Source: an uncultured Collinsella sp.
GTDB taxonomy: Bacteria > Actinomycetota > Coriobacteriia > Coriobacteriales > Coriobacteriaceae
Direction: 5' to 3'
DNA length: 64,000 nucleotides
NCBI GenBank assembly: GCA_900541675.1
Contig: UQKU01000007.1
Location: 890 to 64,889, forward strand
Numbering within the stretch: position 1 is the first letter of the stretch; every line of letters begins with the position of its first letter. The position numbers and the translations under genes are program-made. Shown here piece by piece: positions 30,375 through 39,768 of this stretch. The notes under the pieces were generated by a model. It was not told the DNA's origin. It saw nothing but the letters and a program-made list of their open reading frames with translations, and ran no database searches.

Positions 30375-31118
30375 ATGCCACCGACTGAAGGGCTAACTGA
30401 CGGTAAAGCAGCGATACCGCTGTACCAACAGGTTATCGATATCATTAAAAACGAAATTAACTCCGGTGCCTACAAGGCGGGCGCGCGGATACCCAACGAA
30501 TTCGAATTGGCTGAGAGCTATAAAGTTGGCCGCGTTACCGTGCGACGCGCTATTGAAGAGCTCGTCCAGCAGGGCTATCTAACGAAGCGGCAGGGGAAAG
30601 GCACGTTTGTCAATGCCCCCAAGCTTAAGCGCAAGATTCGCCAGAAGGATGACGTCCAGAGTTTTTCGGACGCATGCCGCGTTAACGGAATGGAGCCGGG
30701 GGCGTGCGTCATTTCGAGAAAGATACTGCCGGCGGATTCTACCGAAGCGCAGTTCTTTGGTGTTCCCGTTGGAACTGACTTGATTTGCGTTGAGCGCGTG
30801 CGCACTGCCGATGGCGTCCCTGTCATGCTCGAGAACAACATATATGTTTACGAGGACAACGCCTATCTATCAACGGCACCTCTATCTAACCAATCCATTT
30901 TTGAGTTCGTGCGCAACCGGACGGGCCGCACGCCCGCGTTTACCGACCCGTGCACGCTCGAGATCGCGTGCTCGTCGCCCGAGGTCGCTCGACTGTTGGC
31001 AGTTCCCGTTGGCGAACCCTTGTTTTATATGGAAGCCTTCTTTTTCGATGAGCAGCGGCGGCCGTTTATCATCGGTCGTCAGCGGATCGTTGGGTCTCGC
31101 TACGTTTTTGACATCTAG
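30375..31118 (+). CDS. GntR/HutC (UTRA) regulator, FrlR-like
   Basis: PLYQQV, IPNEFELAESYKVGRVTVRRAI, QGKGTFV; heads the frl cluster. Confidence 0.9.
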   Translation: MPPTEGLTDGKAAIPLYQQVIDIIKNEINSGAYKAGARIPNEFELAESYKVGRVTVRRAIEELVQQGYLTKRQGKGTFVNAPKLKRKIRQKDDVQSFSDACRVNGMEPGACVISRKILPADSTEAQFFGVPVGTDLICVERVRTADGVPVMLENNIYVYEDNAYLSTAPLSNQSIFEFVRNRTGRTPAFTDPCTLEIACSSPEVARLLAVPVGEPLFYMEAFFFDEQRRPFIIGRQRIVGSRYVFDI

Positions 31119-31253
31119 GACATTGCGAATGGAAGCGCCCAGTTGATCATCTCACCGGGCGTCTCCATACCGTTCACGGCGCGAACGCAACCGTTCAACC
31201 GCGTCGCGGCAATCAGTTTGAAATTATCTTGATGACAGGAAAAGCTGCTGGTA

Positions 31254-31277
31254 ATCTATAGAACGTCATAGAACGTT
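31254..31277. promoter_or_regulatory. Putative GntR/HutC operator
   Basis: TCTATAGAACGTCATAGAACGT contains GT-N2-TA-N2-AC and a tandem ATAGAACGT repeat. Confidence 0.55.
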
Positions 31278-31336
31278 TGCCTTGTGCAAGCGCTGAAGCG
31301 AGATGTGATGCATTCTCGAGTTCTTTGGAGGTATCT

Positions 31337-32800
31337 ATGTCAGATACGAAGGCGAAGAAGACAAACAGACGTTTTAAGTTCAAATTACCGCATGTCTATA
31401 CGATCATGTTCTTGCTGATCGTTGTCTTTGCGGTCCTGACCTGGATCGTTCCCTCTGGTCAGTATCAGCGCAAGACGATTTCGACAGCGGCGGGCGAGCG
31501 TGAAGTCGCCGTTGCTGGAACCTATGAACAGGTCGATAAGAATTACACCGATTCCGAGACCGGCGAGACCATCAATCTGGGCCAGGATATCTTCGCGGTC
31601 CTGCAAGCGCCTACTAAGGGCATCCAGGAGGCTGCCGACGTCGTTGCGTTCGTCTTATTGATTGGCGGATCGTTCGCAGTCATCACCAAGACCAACGCTT
31701 TGAATGCCGGCATGAGCCGTGTGATTAAAAAGCTCAAGAACAAGGACATCCTCATCATTCCCATCACGATGACGTTGCTGTCCATTTGCGGCACTACGTT
31801 TGGTATGTCTGAGGAAGCCCTGCCGTTCTATGCCATCTTCATTCCCATCATGATGGGTATCGGGTATGACTCGATGACGGCGTTTATCATCTGCTTCCTT
31901 GGTCCTAACCTGGGATATTGTGCTTCGACCATCGACCCGTTTAATGTTTTGATCGCCCAAGGCATCATTGGTATCGAGGGCAATCCTCAGCTGTGGCTGC
32001 GCGCCGTTTCTTGGGTCATCTTCACTGCCGTCGGTATCGCATGGGCCATGCGCTATGCCATGCGTGTCAAGAAAAACCCCGAGTCGTCCATTACGTACGA
32101 GGACGACAAGCTCAAGCGTGTTGAGTTTTCCGTGACCGATGCCTCCATCGAGGAAGAGTTCACTACCCGTCAGAAGCTCGTGCTTATCGATTTTGCTTGC
32201 GGTATGGGCATTATCGTCTGGGGTCTTGTTACCCAGGGCTGGTACATGAATGAGATTTCCGCCGTGTTCCTTGGCATGGGCTTGCTTGCCGGTATCCTGG
32301 GCGGTCTTGACCAGCAGACGATCGCAGAGGAGTTCGTTAAGGGTCTTGCCGACTTTGCGTACGCTGCCATCGTTATCGGTATCGCTCGCGGTATTCTGGT
32401 CATCGCCGAGGGTGGCATGATCATCGACACCATCCTCCAGGCGCTCGCTACTGCGCTTGCCGGTGCACCCGCCGCCGTCTACACCACGTTTATGTATATC
32501 GTCCTTGGCCTGCTCTCTTTGCTGGTTCCCTCGAGTTCTGGCCTGGCGGCGCTCACCATGCCCGTTATGGGCCCCCTGACCGAGCTCATGGGCCTCAATC
32601 CCGAGGCGGCCGTCACCGCGCTCCAGTTTGCCAACCAAACCATCAACACCATCAGCCCCGTGGCGGGCATGACGGTCGCCGGCCTTGCCGTGGCTAGGAT
32701 TTCGTTTGGCCAATGGTGGAAGACCATTTGGAAGTTCTTCATTTTCATGGTCGTCTTTGGTCTGATCGTAACGGCAATCTCTGGCATGCTTCCGGTGTAG
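31337..32800 (+). CDS. YfcC/DcuC-like membrane transporter (probable glycated amino acid uptake)
   Basis: LPHVYTI, TWIVPSGQY, GMSEE, PSSSGLAALTMP; many TM helices. Confidence 0.88.
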   Translation: MSDTKAKKTNRRFKFKLPHVYTIMFLLIVVFAVLTWIVPSGQYQRKTISTAAGEREVAVAGTYEQVDKNYTDSETGETINLGQDIFAVLQAPTKGIQEAADVVAFVLLIGGSFAVITKTNALNAGMSRVIKKLKNKDILIIPITMTLLSICGTTFGMSEEALPFYAIFIPIMMGIGYDSMTAFIICFLGPNLGYCASTIDPFNVLIAQGIIGIEGNPQLWLRAVSWVIFTAVGIAWAMRYAMRVKKNPESSITYEDDKLKRVEFSVTDASIEEEFTTRQKLVLIDFACGMGIIVWGLVTQGWYMNEISAVFLGMGLLAGILGGLDQQTIAEEFVKGLADFAYAAIVIGIARGILVIAEGGMIIDTILQALATALAGAPAAVYTTFMYIVLGLLSLLVPSSSGLAALTMPVMGPLTELMGLNPEAAVTALQFANQTINTISPVAGMTVAGLAVARISFGQWWKTIWKFFIFMVVFGLIVTAISGMLPV

Positions 32801-32809
32801 GTGGTTGTG

Positions 32810-34393
32810 ATGTCTGATCGTTTGACTGTCCTGACGTCTAAGAGCGTCTTTACCGGTACGGGGGACCTGCCGTTTGAAGGTTTCGTAGCGGTCCGTGGCA
32901 ATCGAATTGAGGCGGTTGGCACCAAGTGTGAGGTAGCTTCGTATTTGACCCAAGCGGACGAGGTAGTTGACCTGGGCGACCGCACCGTCATGCCCGGCCT
33001 GATCGATGTGCATACCTTCTATACGGGCTGGGCACTGCGGACGTTGGGGTCTGATCTGTCCGGCGTCGCTGATGCCAAAGAGGCTGTGTCGCTCTTGCGT
33101 GCATGGAAAGATGATCATCCGGATTGCGCGGCGGCTTTTGGCCACAACCTGCCCGAAACGTTGGCATCGGATGCCGAGAACGCAAATACAGCAGCTGTGT
33201 TTGACGAGTGTTTTGGTGATATCCCTGTCGTCTGCTTTACACCGGGCGCGGAGACCTGCGTTCTCAACGCTGCCGCCAGTGCGCGATACGGCTTTACATC
33301 CCAGGCGTGCTATGCCGAGAAGATCTGGCGCATGATGAGCGATTTCCTCGCGCTGCCCGAGGTGCGTGCCGGGTATTCGGACTACATGAGCATGCTTAAC
33401 GAGCGCGGCGTTACCGCCATCAAGGAGATGGCGTTTGATGACTACTACGGCTTTGCCGACGAAATGGCTCGCCGTGAGGAATCTGGTGAGCTGACGGTTC
33501 GCGTCTCTATGATGTCGCAGCCGGTGGGCGCCGGTGCAAATCTGGCATATGCCCGCGAGGCGCGAGAGCGCTTCCGGGGACCGTTCGTTCGTTTTTCTGG
33601 CTTCAACCGTATGACCGATCGCGGCGTATGGGCGGGGCTTGCCGAGATGATAGACCCCTATGAGGACTCGGCCGATGCGGGCGCTGCCGGCAAGACGGTC
33701 GTCGAGGAGCCAGAGTGGGATCTGATTGAGAACGAGCTGCGTGCAATTGATGCTGACGGCTTCCGATATTCCTTGCATTGCCAGGGCGATGGCGCCGTTC
33801 GTCGCACCGTGGCGCTCTATGCCTCGCTGCCTCGAGACGAGCATGGACGGATGCTTCGCCGCCATGCGATTACCGATCTCGAGAACTCTGACCCGACCGA
33901 TCTTGTCGAGTTTGGCAAGTTAGGTGGAATTTGCGAGGTCTATCCGCAGATTCTGACGCTGGACCGGCGCGAGGATTGCCTGTCGATGATGCGTCGGCAA
34001 ATTGGCGAGACGCGACTTTTGCACAGCTGGAATCGCCGCGGCATGGAAGATTCCGGATGCACGGTGTGCTGTGGTACGGATTTGCCGCTGCTGGTTCCGA
34101 GCCTGGGCGAGTCAATCTACAGCGCGTGCGGCGGATTCTTCGCCGACGGACTGCCCGTGAATGAGGCCAACGTGCTGACGCTTGTCGAGCTCTTGCGCGC
34201 TTGGACTGCCGGGGGCGCGTACGATCTGATGCGCGAAGACGAGCTGGGTACGCTCGAGGTCGGCAAACTTGCCGATATCTGCGTGCTCGATCGGGATGTG
34301 TTCGACCTCGATTATCGCGACGCACGCGATCTTTCGGTTGATATGACGATGTCGGACGGACAAATCGTGTTCGATCGAAATAAGGAGGCATAG
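32810..34393 (+). CDS. Amidohydrolase 3 (YtcJ-like)
   Basis: MPGLIDVHT, LHCQGDGAV, GTDLP, GTLEVGKLADICVLD. Confidence 0.85.
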   Translation: MSDRLTVLTSKSVFTGTGDLPFEGFVAVRGNRIEAVGTKCEVASYLTQADEVVDLGDRTVMPGLIDVHTFYTGWALRTLGSDLSGVADAKEAVSLLRAWKDDHPDCAAAFGHNLPETLASDAENANTAAVFDECFGDIPVVCFTPGAETCVLNAAASARYGFTSQACYAEKIWRMMSDFLALPEVRAGYSDYMSMLNERGVTAIKEMAFDDYYGFADEMARREESGELTVRVSMMSQPVGAGANLAYAREARERFRGPFVRFSGFNRMTDRGVWAGLAEMIDPYEDSADAGAAGKTVVEEPEWDLIENELRAIDADGFRYSLHCQGDGAVRRTVALYASLPRDEHGRMLRRHAITDLENSDPTDLVEFGKLGGICEVYPQILTLDRREDCLSMMRRQIGETRLLHSWNRRGMEDSGCTVCCGTDLPLLVPSLGESIYSACGGFFADGLPVNEANVLTLVELLRAWTAGGAYDLMREDELGTLEVGKLADICVLDRDVFDLDYRDARDLSVDMTMSDGQIVFDRNKEA

Positions 34394-34394
34394 G

Positions 34395-35246
34395 ATGTCT
34401 GAATCCAAACCGACGCTGCGCCGCGAACAGATTGCGGGCATGAATATCCACTACATCATGTGGTCGCTCGATTACTTCCTTGATGTGCAGCAGCGTTTGG
34501 GCTTTGAGTCCATTGAGTTGTGGTGTGCAGAGCCGCATGTGACGCTCGACCATACGGGCTACTTTGAGGCTGAGGTCCTGGCGAAAAAGGCTGCAGACCG
34601 TGGGCTTAGGTATCGTACTCTGTGCCCCGAGAATGTTGTCTATCCTTGGCAGTACTGCGCACGCAAACCGCTGCATGAACAGCGCAGCCTGGCGTACTTT
34701 AAACACGGCATTGAGCTTGCCGAGGTACTTGGGTGCGACCGTATGTCCGTCAACTCGGGCTGGGGCGACTGGGACGAGGACCGCGAGGAAGCCTGGAAGC
34801 GCAGCCGCGAGCACTTGTCCATTCTGGCGGAGTATGCCGGCGAGCACGGTCTGGTGCTTACGATGGAAAGCCTGCGTCCCGAGGAGAGCAACCTTGTGAC
34901 GACGGTTTCCGATGCGAAGCGCATGATTGACGAGGTCGCGAGCCCGTACTTACAGCCCATGGTTGATACAACCGCGATGGGCGTTGCAGGCGAGACGCTC
35001 GAGGACTGGTTTGCCGCCTTTGGTGATGGGGCAATTCACGAGATGCACTTTATCGACGGTGACCCGTATGGCCATCTGGTGTGGGGCGATGGCAAGCACG
35101 ATATGGACGCCTTCGTTGCCACACTCAACGTCCATGGTTTCGACGGCATGCTGGGCCAGGAAATTACGGACGGCCGTTACTACGATGACCCGGCGGCGGC
35201 TGATGCCAAGAACATGGCCGCATTCGAGAAATATCTGATTGACTAA
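34395..35246 (+). CDS. frlC: Fructoselysine 3-epimerase-like TIM-barrel protein
   Basis: SIELW...PH, LTMESLRPEESN, MVDT, MHFIDG; frl context. Confidence 0.75.
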   Translation: MSESKPTLRREQIAGMNIHYIMWSLDYFLDVQQRLGFESIELWCAEPHVTLDHTGYFEAEVLAKKAADRGLRYRTLCPENVVYPWQYCARKPLHEQRSLAYFKHGIELAEVLGCDRMSVNSGWGDWDEDREEAWKRSREHLSILAEYAGEHGLVLTMESLRPEESNLVTTVSDAKRMIDEVASPYLQPMVDTTAMGVAGETLEDWFAAFGDGAIHEMHFIDGDPYGHLVWGDGKHDMDAFVATLNVHGFDGMLGQEITDGRYYDDPAAADAKNMAAFEKYLID

Positions 35247-35308
35247 AACAACTATCGGCCACGCAACCAACGTCATTGATTGCGGCCCAAACAAGAAAGG
35301 AACTGGAT

Positions 35309-36277
35309 ATGAACGCACACGATCTGATCAAAGAGGCAATTGCCGAGAAGGGCAAGTTCGACAGCGTCTACTGGATTGCTTGTGGTGGCTCCATGATCGA
35401 TTTGATCCCGGCTCACGAGCTTCTGCAGCGCGAGGCAACCACCTTCACTTCGTATATCTATACGGCTCGCGAGTTCGATATCATGCGTCCGCGTCGTCTG
35501 GGCGAGAAGTCCCTGGTCATTGCTTGCAGCCACAGTGGCAACACCCCCGAGGTCGTTGAGGGCTGCGAGATTGCCCTTGCCGCCGGCGCTACGGTGATCG
35601 CCCAGACCGACACCGCTGGATCTAAGATCGACTCCGGCAAGTGGACCACGTGGGTCTACCCATGGGGCGAGGGCGTGCCGCAGGCTGAGGTCCCCGCTGG
35701 CATTTCGCTGTCGCTTGCGGCCGAGCTGCTCGATCAGCAGGAGGGCTACGCCGATCTTGCCGATATGTATGCCGGTATCGCCGAGATGGATAAGATTCTT
35801 CCCCCGGCACGTGAGAAGGTAAATGCCGAGCTGGGCGATCGTTTTGCCAAGCTTTGCCAGGAGCACGAGTTCTTCTATATTCTGGGCAGCGGTCCCAACT
35901 TTAGCCAGACCTACGGTTTCGCTATCTGCTCTCTTATGGAGATGCAGTGGCAGCACTGCAGCTACATCCACTCTGCCGAGTACTTCCACGGCCCCTTCGA
36001 GGCTACTCAGGATGGCGTTTTTTACTTCCTGCAGATGGGCTCCAGCGAGTGCCGTGCTATGGACGAGCGCGCCCTGGCGTTCCTTAAGACGCATACCGAT
36101 ACGCTGATGGTGCTCGATGCCAAGGATTACGGTATGGAAGCCGTGCCGGCGAGCGTCCGTGCCTATCTGGACCCGGTGCTGTTCTACGCCATGAACTGCG
36201 AGCTGCGTGCCGCACGCGGCAAGGTGTTTGATCACGATCCCGATTTCCGTCGCTATATGGGTGTTGTCGAGTACTAG
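35309..36277 (+). CDS. frlB: Fructoselysine-6-phosphate deglycase (SIS domain)
   Basis: ACGGS, SHSGNTPE, CSLMEMQW, HSAEYFHGPFE, RRYMGVVEY. Confidence 0.9.
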   Translation: MNAHDLIKEAIAEKGKFDSVYWIACGGSMIDLIPAHELLQREATTFTSYIYTAREFDIMRPRRLGEKSLVIACSHSGNTPEVVEGCEIALAAGATVIAQTDTAGSKIDSGKWTTWVYPWGEGVPQAEVPAGISLSLAAELLDQQEGYADLADMYAGIAEMDKILPPAREKVNAELGDRFAKLCQEHEFFYILGSGPNFSQTYGFAICSLMEMQWQHCSYIHSAEYFHGPFEATQDGVFYFLQMGSSECRAMDERALAFLKTHTDTLMVLDAKDYGMEAVPASVRAYLDPVLFYAMNCELRAARGKVFDHDPDFRRYMGVVEY

Positions 36278-36291
36278 AAGGGGCAAAGGCC

Positions 36292-37155
36292 ATGGCATTT
36301 AACGTTAACGCGCTCGGATTTGGCGACAACGTCGTCGATCGCTACGAGCATATCCACACCATGTATCCCGGCGGCAATGCGGTGAACTTCGCCGTTTATG
36401 CCAAGAAATGCGGTGCCGCACGCTCCGCATACATGGGCATTTTTGGCAATGATGCCGCTGCCGAGCATGTCATTGCAAGCCTCGAGGATGAGGGTATCGA
36501 GCTTGACAAGTGCGAGCAGATGATTGGCGAGAACGGAGCGGCTCGCGTGACCGTCGTTGACGGTGACCGTGTCTTCCTTGGCTCCAACGAGGGCGGTATC
36601 CGTGGCGATGCGCGCTATGTCCTCGATCGCTTTGACCTTGCGTACATGAAGCAGTTCGATGTGGTTCATTCGGGCAACTATTGCTTTACCGAGCGCGAGC
36701 TGCCCAAGTTGAAGGCTGCGGGCGTCACGGTCTCTTTTGACTTTTCGGACGACTCTACCGACGAGTACTACGAGCAGATTGCGCCCTACGTCGATTTCGC
36801 TTTCTTTAGTGCGGCGGATGCTGCGAGTGAGGATGAGATTCGCGAGCGTCTGGCATGGGTGAAGGGCCTGGGTCCGCGTTTTGTGTCGGCTACGGCGGGC
36901 GCCGAGGGCTGCATTGCTTACGACGGCGATCGTTATTACCGCCAGCTGGCTAAACCGGTAACGGACATGAAGGACACCATGGGGGCGGGCGACTCGTTCC
37001 TTACCTCGTTTTTGATGTGCTATCTCGATTCCGCCAAGCGTGGTGAAGATGGCGCCGAGGCCATCGAGCGCGCGCTCGACTTTGCTGCCGGGTTTGCCTC
37101 GACCGTGTGCGGCATGGAAGGTTCTTGGGGCCACGGAGCACCAATCGTCGAATAG
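36292..37155 (+). CDS. frlD: Fructoselysine 6-kinase (PfkB family)
   Basis: GDNVVDRY, YPGGNAVNFAVYA, SFDFS, DTMGAGDSF. Confidence 0.88.
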   Translation: MAFNVNALGFGDNVVDRYEHIHTMYPGGNAVNFAVYAKKCGAARSAYMGIFGNDAAAEHVIASLEDEGIELDKCEQMIGENGAARVTVVDGDRVFLGSNEGGIRGDARYVLDRFDLAYMKQFDVVHSGNYCFTERELPKLKAAGVTVSFDFSDDSTDEYYEQIAPYVDFAFFSAADAASEDEIRERLAWVKGLGPRFVSATAGAEGCIAYDGDRYYRQLAKPVTDMKDTMGAGDSFLTSFLMCYLDSAKRGEDGAEAIERALDFAAGFASTVCGMEGSWGHGAPIVE

Positions 37156-37196
37156 CCGAGCGGTCCCGGGGAGGTGCAGGCGCCTCCTCGGGACCC

Positions 37197-37429
37197 GGTG
37201 TGCAAAAAATGCCAAATATGAGTACTGTGACTAATTTAGTCGCAGCAAAATCAACCCCTTCAGACGTGATTTGAGCGTCTGGAGGGGTTTAAGATTTGCG
37301 AAAACGCAGGATGAATGACTGTAAAAGCTTTAATTAGCGGACAATCGAGGATTATTCTGGCGGTTGGAAAGTTAAAAGAAATGTATCCATTCCGGTAGCA
37401 GTACTCATATTTGGCATTTTTTGCACACC
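37197..37429. mobile_element. MITE-like element with perfect 31-bp terminal inverted repeats
   Basis: GGTGTGCAAAAAATGCCAAATATGAGTACTG (37197-37227) and its reverse complement (37399-37429); AT-rich non-coding interior. Confidence 0.7.
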
Positions 37430-37434
37430 AGGGG

Positions 37435-38217
37435 TTAGCGAAGGTCAAAAACAGAGCGCGCATTTGTTAAAACTATCGACTCGATGCGCTTTGCGTCGCA
37501 GTTTTTGAGCGAGGTGATGCGTTCTGAGGTCCTTGTGAGCGACCTGATGAGCGACTGCGTGCTTGTTTCTGTGTTTGGCTCGGCCGGCGCATCGGTCTCG
37601 AGCAGTAGGCGGTCGAGTGGAATCTGTCGTGCGTATTCGCGACCGCGCTTGGTCGCGAGCATGCGTTCGTTGACGGAAAAATAGCAGCCCGCATTACGCG
37701 CGCGGGTGAGTTCGCCCGAAGTGCCGCTAAACCAGTGGAAGATGATAGCGGGGGAGTCGGGGTTTGGGATGAGTAGTCCATGCGATTCGAGGACGTCCAG
37801 TACGGCTCCTGCCGAACGAACGGCGTGAATTGATATCACGCGCCCGGTAAGAGGATGCTGCACGAGCGCATCGCAGAGCCGGTTAAGTGCCTGTATTTGT
37901 AGCGGCTCACTTCCAGCAAAGCGCGCGGAAAAGTCGAGTCCGACTTCGCCGATGTAGCGTTCTTGGGCAGCAACTTCGCAAAGCAGATTGACTTCGGCAA
38001 AACCGCAGTGGCCATCGGCGAGCCACCAGGGGTGAAGCCCAACGCCGGCGATGATGCCCGGGTGGCGACGAGCGCGCTCGTTTGCGGCCGAAAAGTCGCG
38101 TGGATCGACGCCGCAATCAAATAGACCCAAGCCCAGCGCCGTTGCCTCATCGGCAACGGCGTCCGGGTGGGCCATTAAATCAAGATGGCAGTGTGCATCA
38201 AATAACCGGGGCTCCAT
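37435..38217 (-). CDS. tatD: TatD family hydrolase/DNase
   Basis: FDAHCHL, GLHPW, IGEVGLDF, HWFSG, LLETDAP. Confidence 0.9.
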   Translation of the reverse strand: MEPRLFDAHCHLDLMAHPDAVADEATALGLGLFDCGVDPRDFSAANERARRHPGIIAGVGLHPWWLADGHCGFAEVNLLCEVAAQERYIGEVGLDFSARFAGSEPLQIQALNRLCDALVQHPLTGRVISIHAVRSAGAVLDVLESHGLLIPNPDSPAIIFHWFSGTSGELTRARNAGCYFSVNERMLATKRGREYARQIPLDRLLLETDAPAEPNTETSTQSLIRSLTRTSERITSLKNCDAKRIESIVLTNARSVFDLR

Positions 38218-38231
38218 CTCGGTGCGCTCCG

Positions 38232-39035
38232 CTAGTCTAGGCGCTGGCCATCGGCGCGCACGCGCTCGATGCCGCGGCCACTGATCTGGCGGATAACCTC
38301 GCCGGCGATCATCTGGCCCATGATGGGCGGCATAAAGCTGGCGGTTCCCAGCTCGGTGCGCTCGTGGATGTTGGAAGGGTCGCGGGGCTGTGTCTTAACC
38401 GATTCCTCGCAGCTAAACAGAACGTGAAGGCTCTTGATGCCACGCTTTTTGCACTCTTTGCGCATGATGCGGCTCATAGGGTCGCGCACGGTGTCAAAAA
38501 TGTCGGCAAAGCGGAGGCACTCGGGATGGAGCTTGTTGGCCCCGCCCATAGAGCTAACCAAACGAATGTCGTGGTCCTGAGCATATTTGGCAATGGTGAG
38601 CTTGGCCGAGATGGTGTCGATGGCGTCGACGACGTAGTCGAGCTTGCCACCCGTCTGCTCCAAAACGCTCGCGAAGAACTCGTCGATGTTATTGCTCAAC
38701 AGGTATTCGGTGCGCTTGATAACGGTGGCGGCGGGATTGATATCGCGAATCATGGCTTCCATAACATCGACCTTGCGCTTGCCGATGGTGCTGTGAAAGG
38801 CGATAGCCTGGCGATTGATATTGCTGGGCGCGATGATGTCCTTGTCCAGAATTACAAAATGACCGATGCCGCCACGGGCGAGTGCCTCGCAGCAGTTGGA
38901 GCCCACGCCTCCGCAGCCGAGCACCAGCACCGTAGCATCAGCGAGCTTATCGAGTGCCTCGCGGCCCATGATGATCTCGAGCTTGGTGTCGCGTGTCTCG
39001 TTGGGAGTTGCGGCTGTGGTTTCGGTCATAGACAT
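38232..39035 (-). CDS. tcdA: tRNA threonylcarbamoyladenosine dehydratase (ThiF family)
   Basis: LGCGGVGS, SNINRQ, VVDAIDTISAK, SSMGGANK. Confidence 0.88.
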   Translation of the reverse strand: MSMTETTAATPNETRDTKLEIIMGREALDKLADATVLVLGCGGVGSNCCEALARGGIGHFVILDKDIIAPSNINRQAIAFHSTIGKRKVDVMEAMIRDINPAATVIKRTEYLLSNNIDEFFASVLEQTGGKLDYVVDAIDTISAKLTIAKYAQDHDIRLVSSMGGANKLHPECLRFADIFDTVRDPMSRIMRKECKKRGIKSLHVLFSCEESVKTQPRDPSNIHERTELGTASFMPPIMGQMIAGEVIRQISGRGIERVRADGQRLD

Positions 39036-39151
39036 CCTCCGATGGGGAAGCGAATCGTGTTTTAGCTATCGTCATTATAGGTATTATCGCGATTCCATTT
39101 GAGCCCTAGGGGCTTGTTGAAATGAGGCAGTGATTCGCATAAGATGAAGCA

Positions 39152-39243
39152 GATGGCACCCGTTGCCGCGGGTTGGCCAACTCCCAAACACGTTTGTAGC
39201 GTGAGAAGTGGCCGTCTTCGCATTACGCGGGGGCGGCTATTTC
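39152..39243 (+). ncRNA. Putative antitoxin sRNA, convergent with the toxin ORF
   Basis: TTGAAA-17-TAAGAT promoter (39117-39145); ends in GGCCGTCTTCGC...GCGGGGGCGGCT-ATTT terminator overlapping the toxin stop. Confidence 0.6.
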
Positions 39244-39323
39244 ATTCGACCTCCAATGTGGATGCCGAGCTCCACAGCCGCGATTACAAGCAATAACAAC
39301 GTCAGGACATCGTCAATACTCAT
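39237..39323 (-). CDS. Putative type I toxin, 28-aa hydrophobic peptide MSIDDVLTLLLLVIAAVELGIHIGGRMK
   Basis: AAGGAG RBS 7 nt upstream, single TM helix, basic C-terminus; TACAAT -10 at 39375-39380. Confidence 0.7.
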   Translation of the reverse strand: MSIDDVLTLLLLVIAAVELGIHIGGRMK

Positions 39324-39388
39324 AGTCCATCTCCTTCTCGGGTAGAGGGAGCTGGCCCATCTGCTTCAACTTCCATTGTAGCTAAATA

Positions 39389-39402
39389 CGAACGAATGTT
39401 CT
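39389..39402. promoter_or_regulatory. LexA (SOS) box in the toxin promoter
   Basis: CGAACGAATGTTCT, lying just upstream of the minus-strand -10. Confidence 0.7.
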
Positions 39403-39425
39403 ATAGATGTTCCTGTATTAGATAG

Positions 39426-39444
39426 TTAGACAAACATCTAAATA
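39426..39444. promoter_or_regulatory. Putative ArsR/SdpR operator
   Basis: TTAGACAAACATCTAA dyad overlapping the promoter (TATAGT -10) of the ArsR gene. Confidence 0.55.
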
Positions 39445-39489
39445 TCGAGTATAGTGTGCGCGTCATGAGAGATGATGAAAGGGGGTCTT

Positions 39490-39768
39490 ATGCCGGGAGA
39501 GGGTTTTAAGGCGCTTGCCGATCCAACGCGACGGCGCATTTTGGAGTTGCTGCGCGAGGGCAATTGCACGGCGGGGGAGCTTGCCGAGCATTTCGATATC
39601 AGTAAGCCGTCGCTGAGCCATCACTTGGCGACGCTCAAAAACGCCGGGTTGGTAACCGACGAACGTCATGGTCAAAACATCATATATAGCTTAAACACTA
39701 CCGTCATGCAGGACTTGATCGGTTGGTTTATGGGCTTTACAAACACGGAAGGTGATAAGGATGAATAA
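39490..39768 (+). CDS. ArsR family repressor, SdpR-like
   Basis: FKALADPTRRRILELL, ISKPSLSHHL, YSLNTTV. Confidence 0.9.
   Translation: MPGEGFKALADPTRRRILELLREGNCTAGELAEHFDISKPSLSHHLATLKNAGLVTDERHGQNIIYSLNTTVMQDLIGWFMGFTNTEGDKDE

Noticed and set aside
37260..37463. Short ORFs sharing CAKNAKYEYC
   Set aside because: They are translations of the MITE inverted repeats, not genes.
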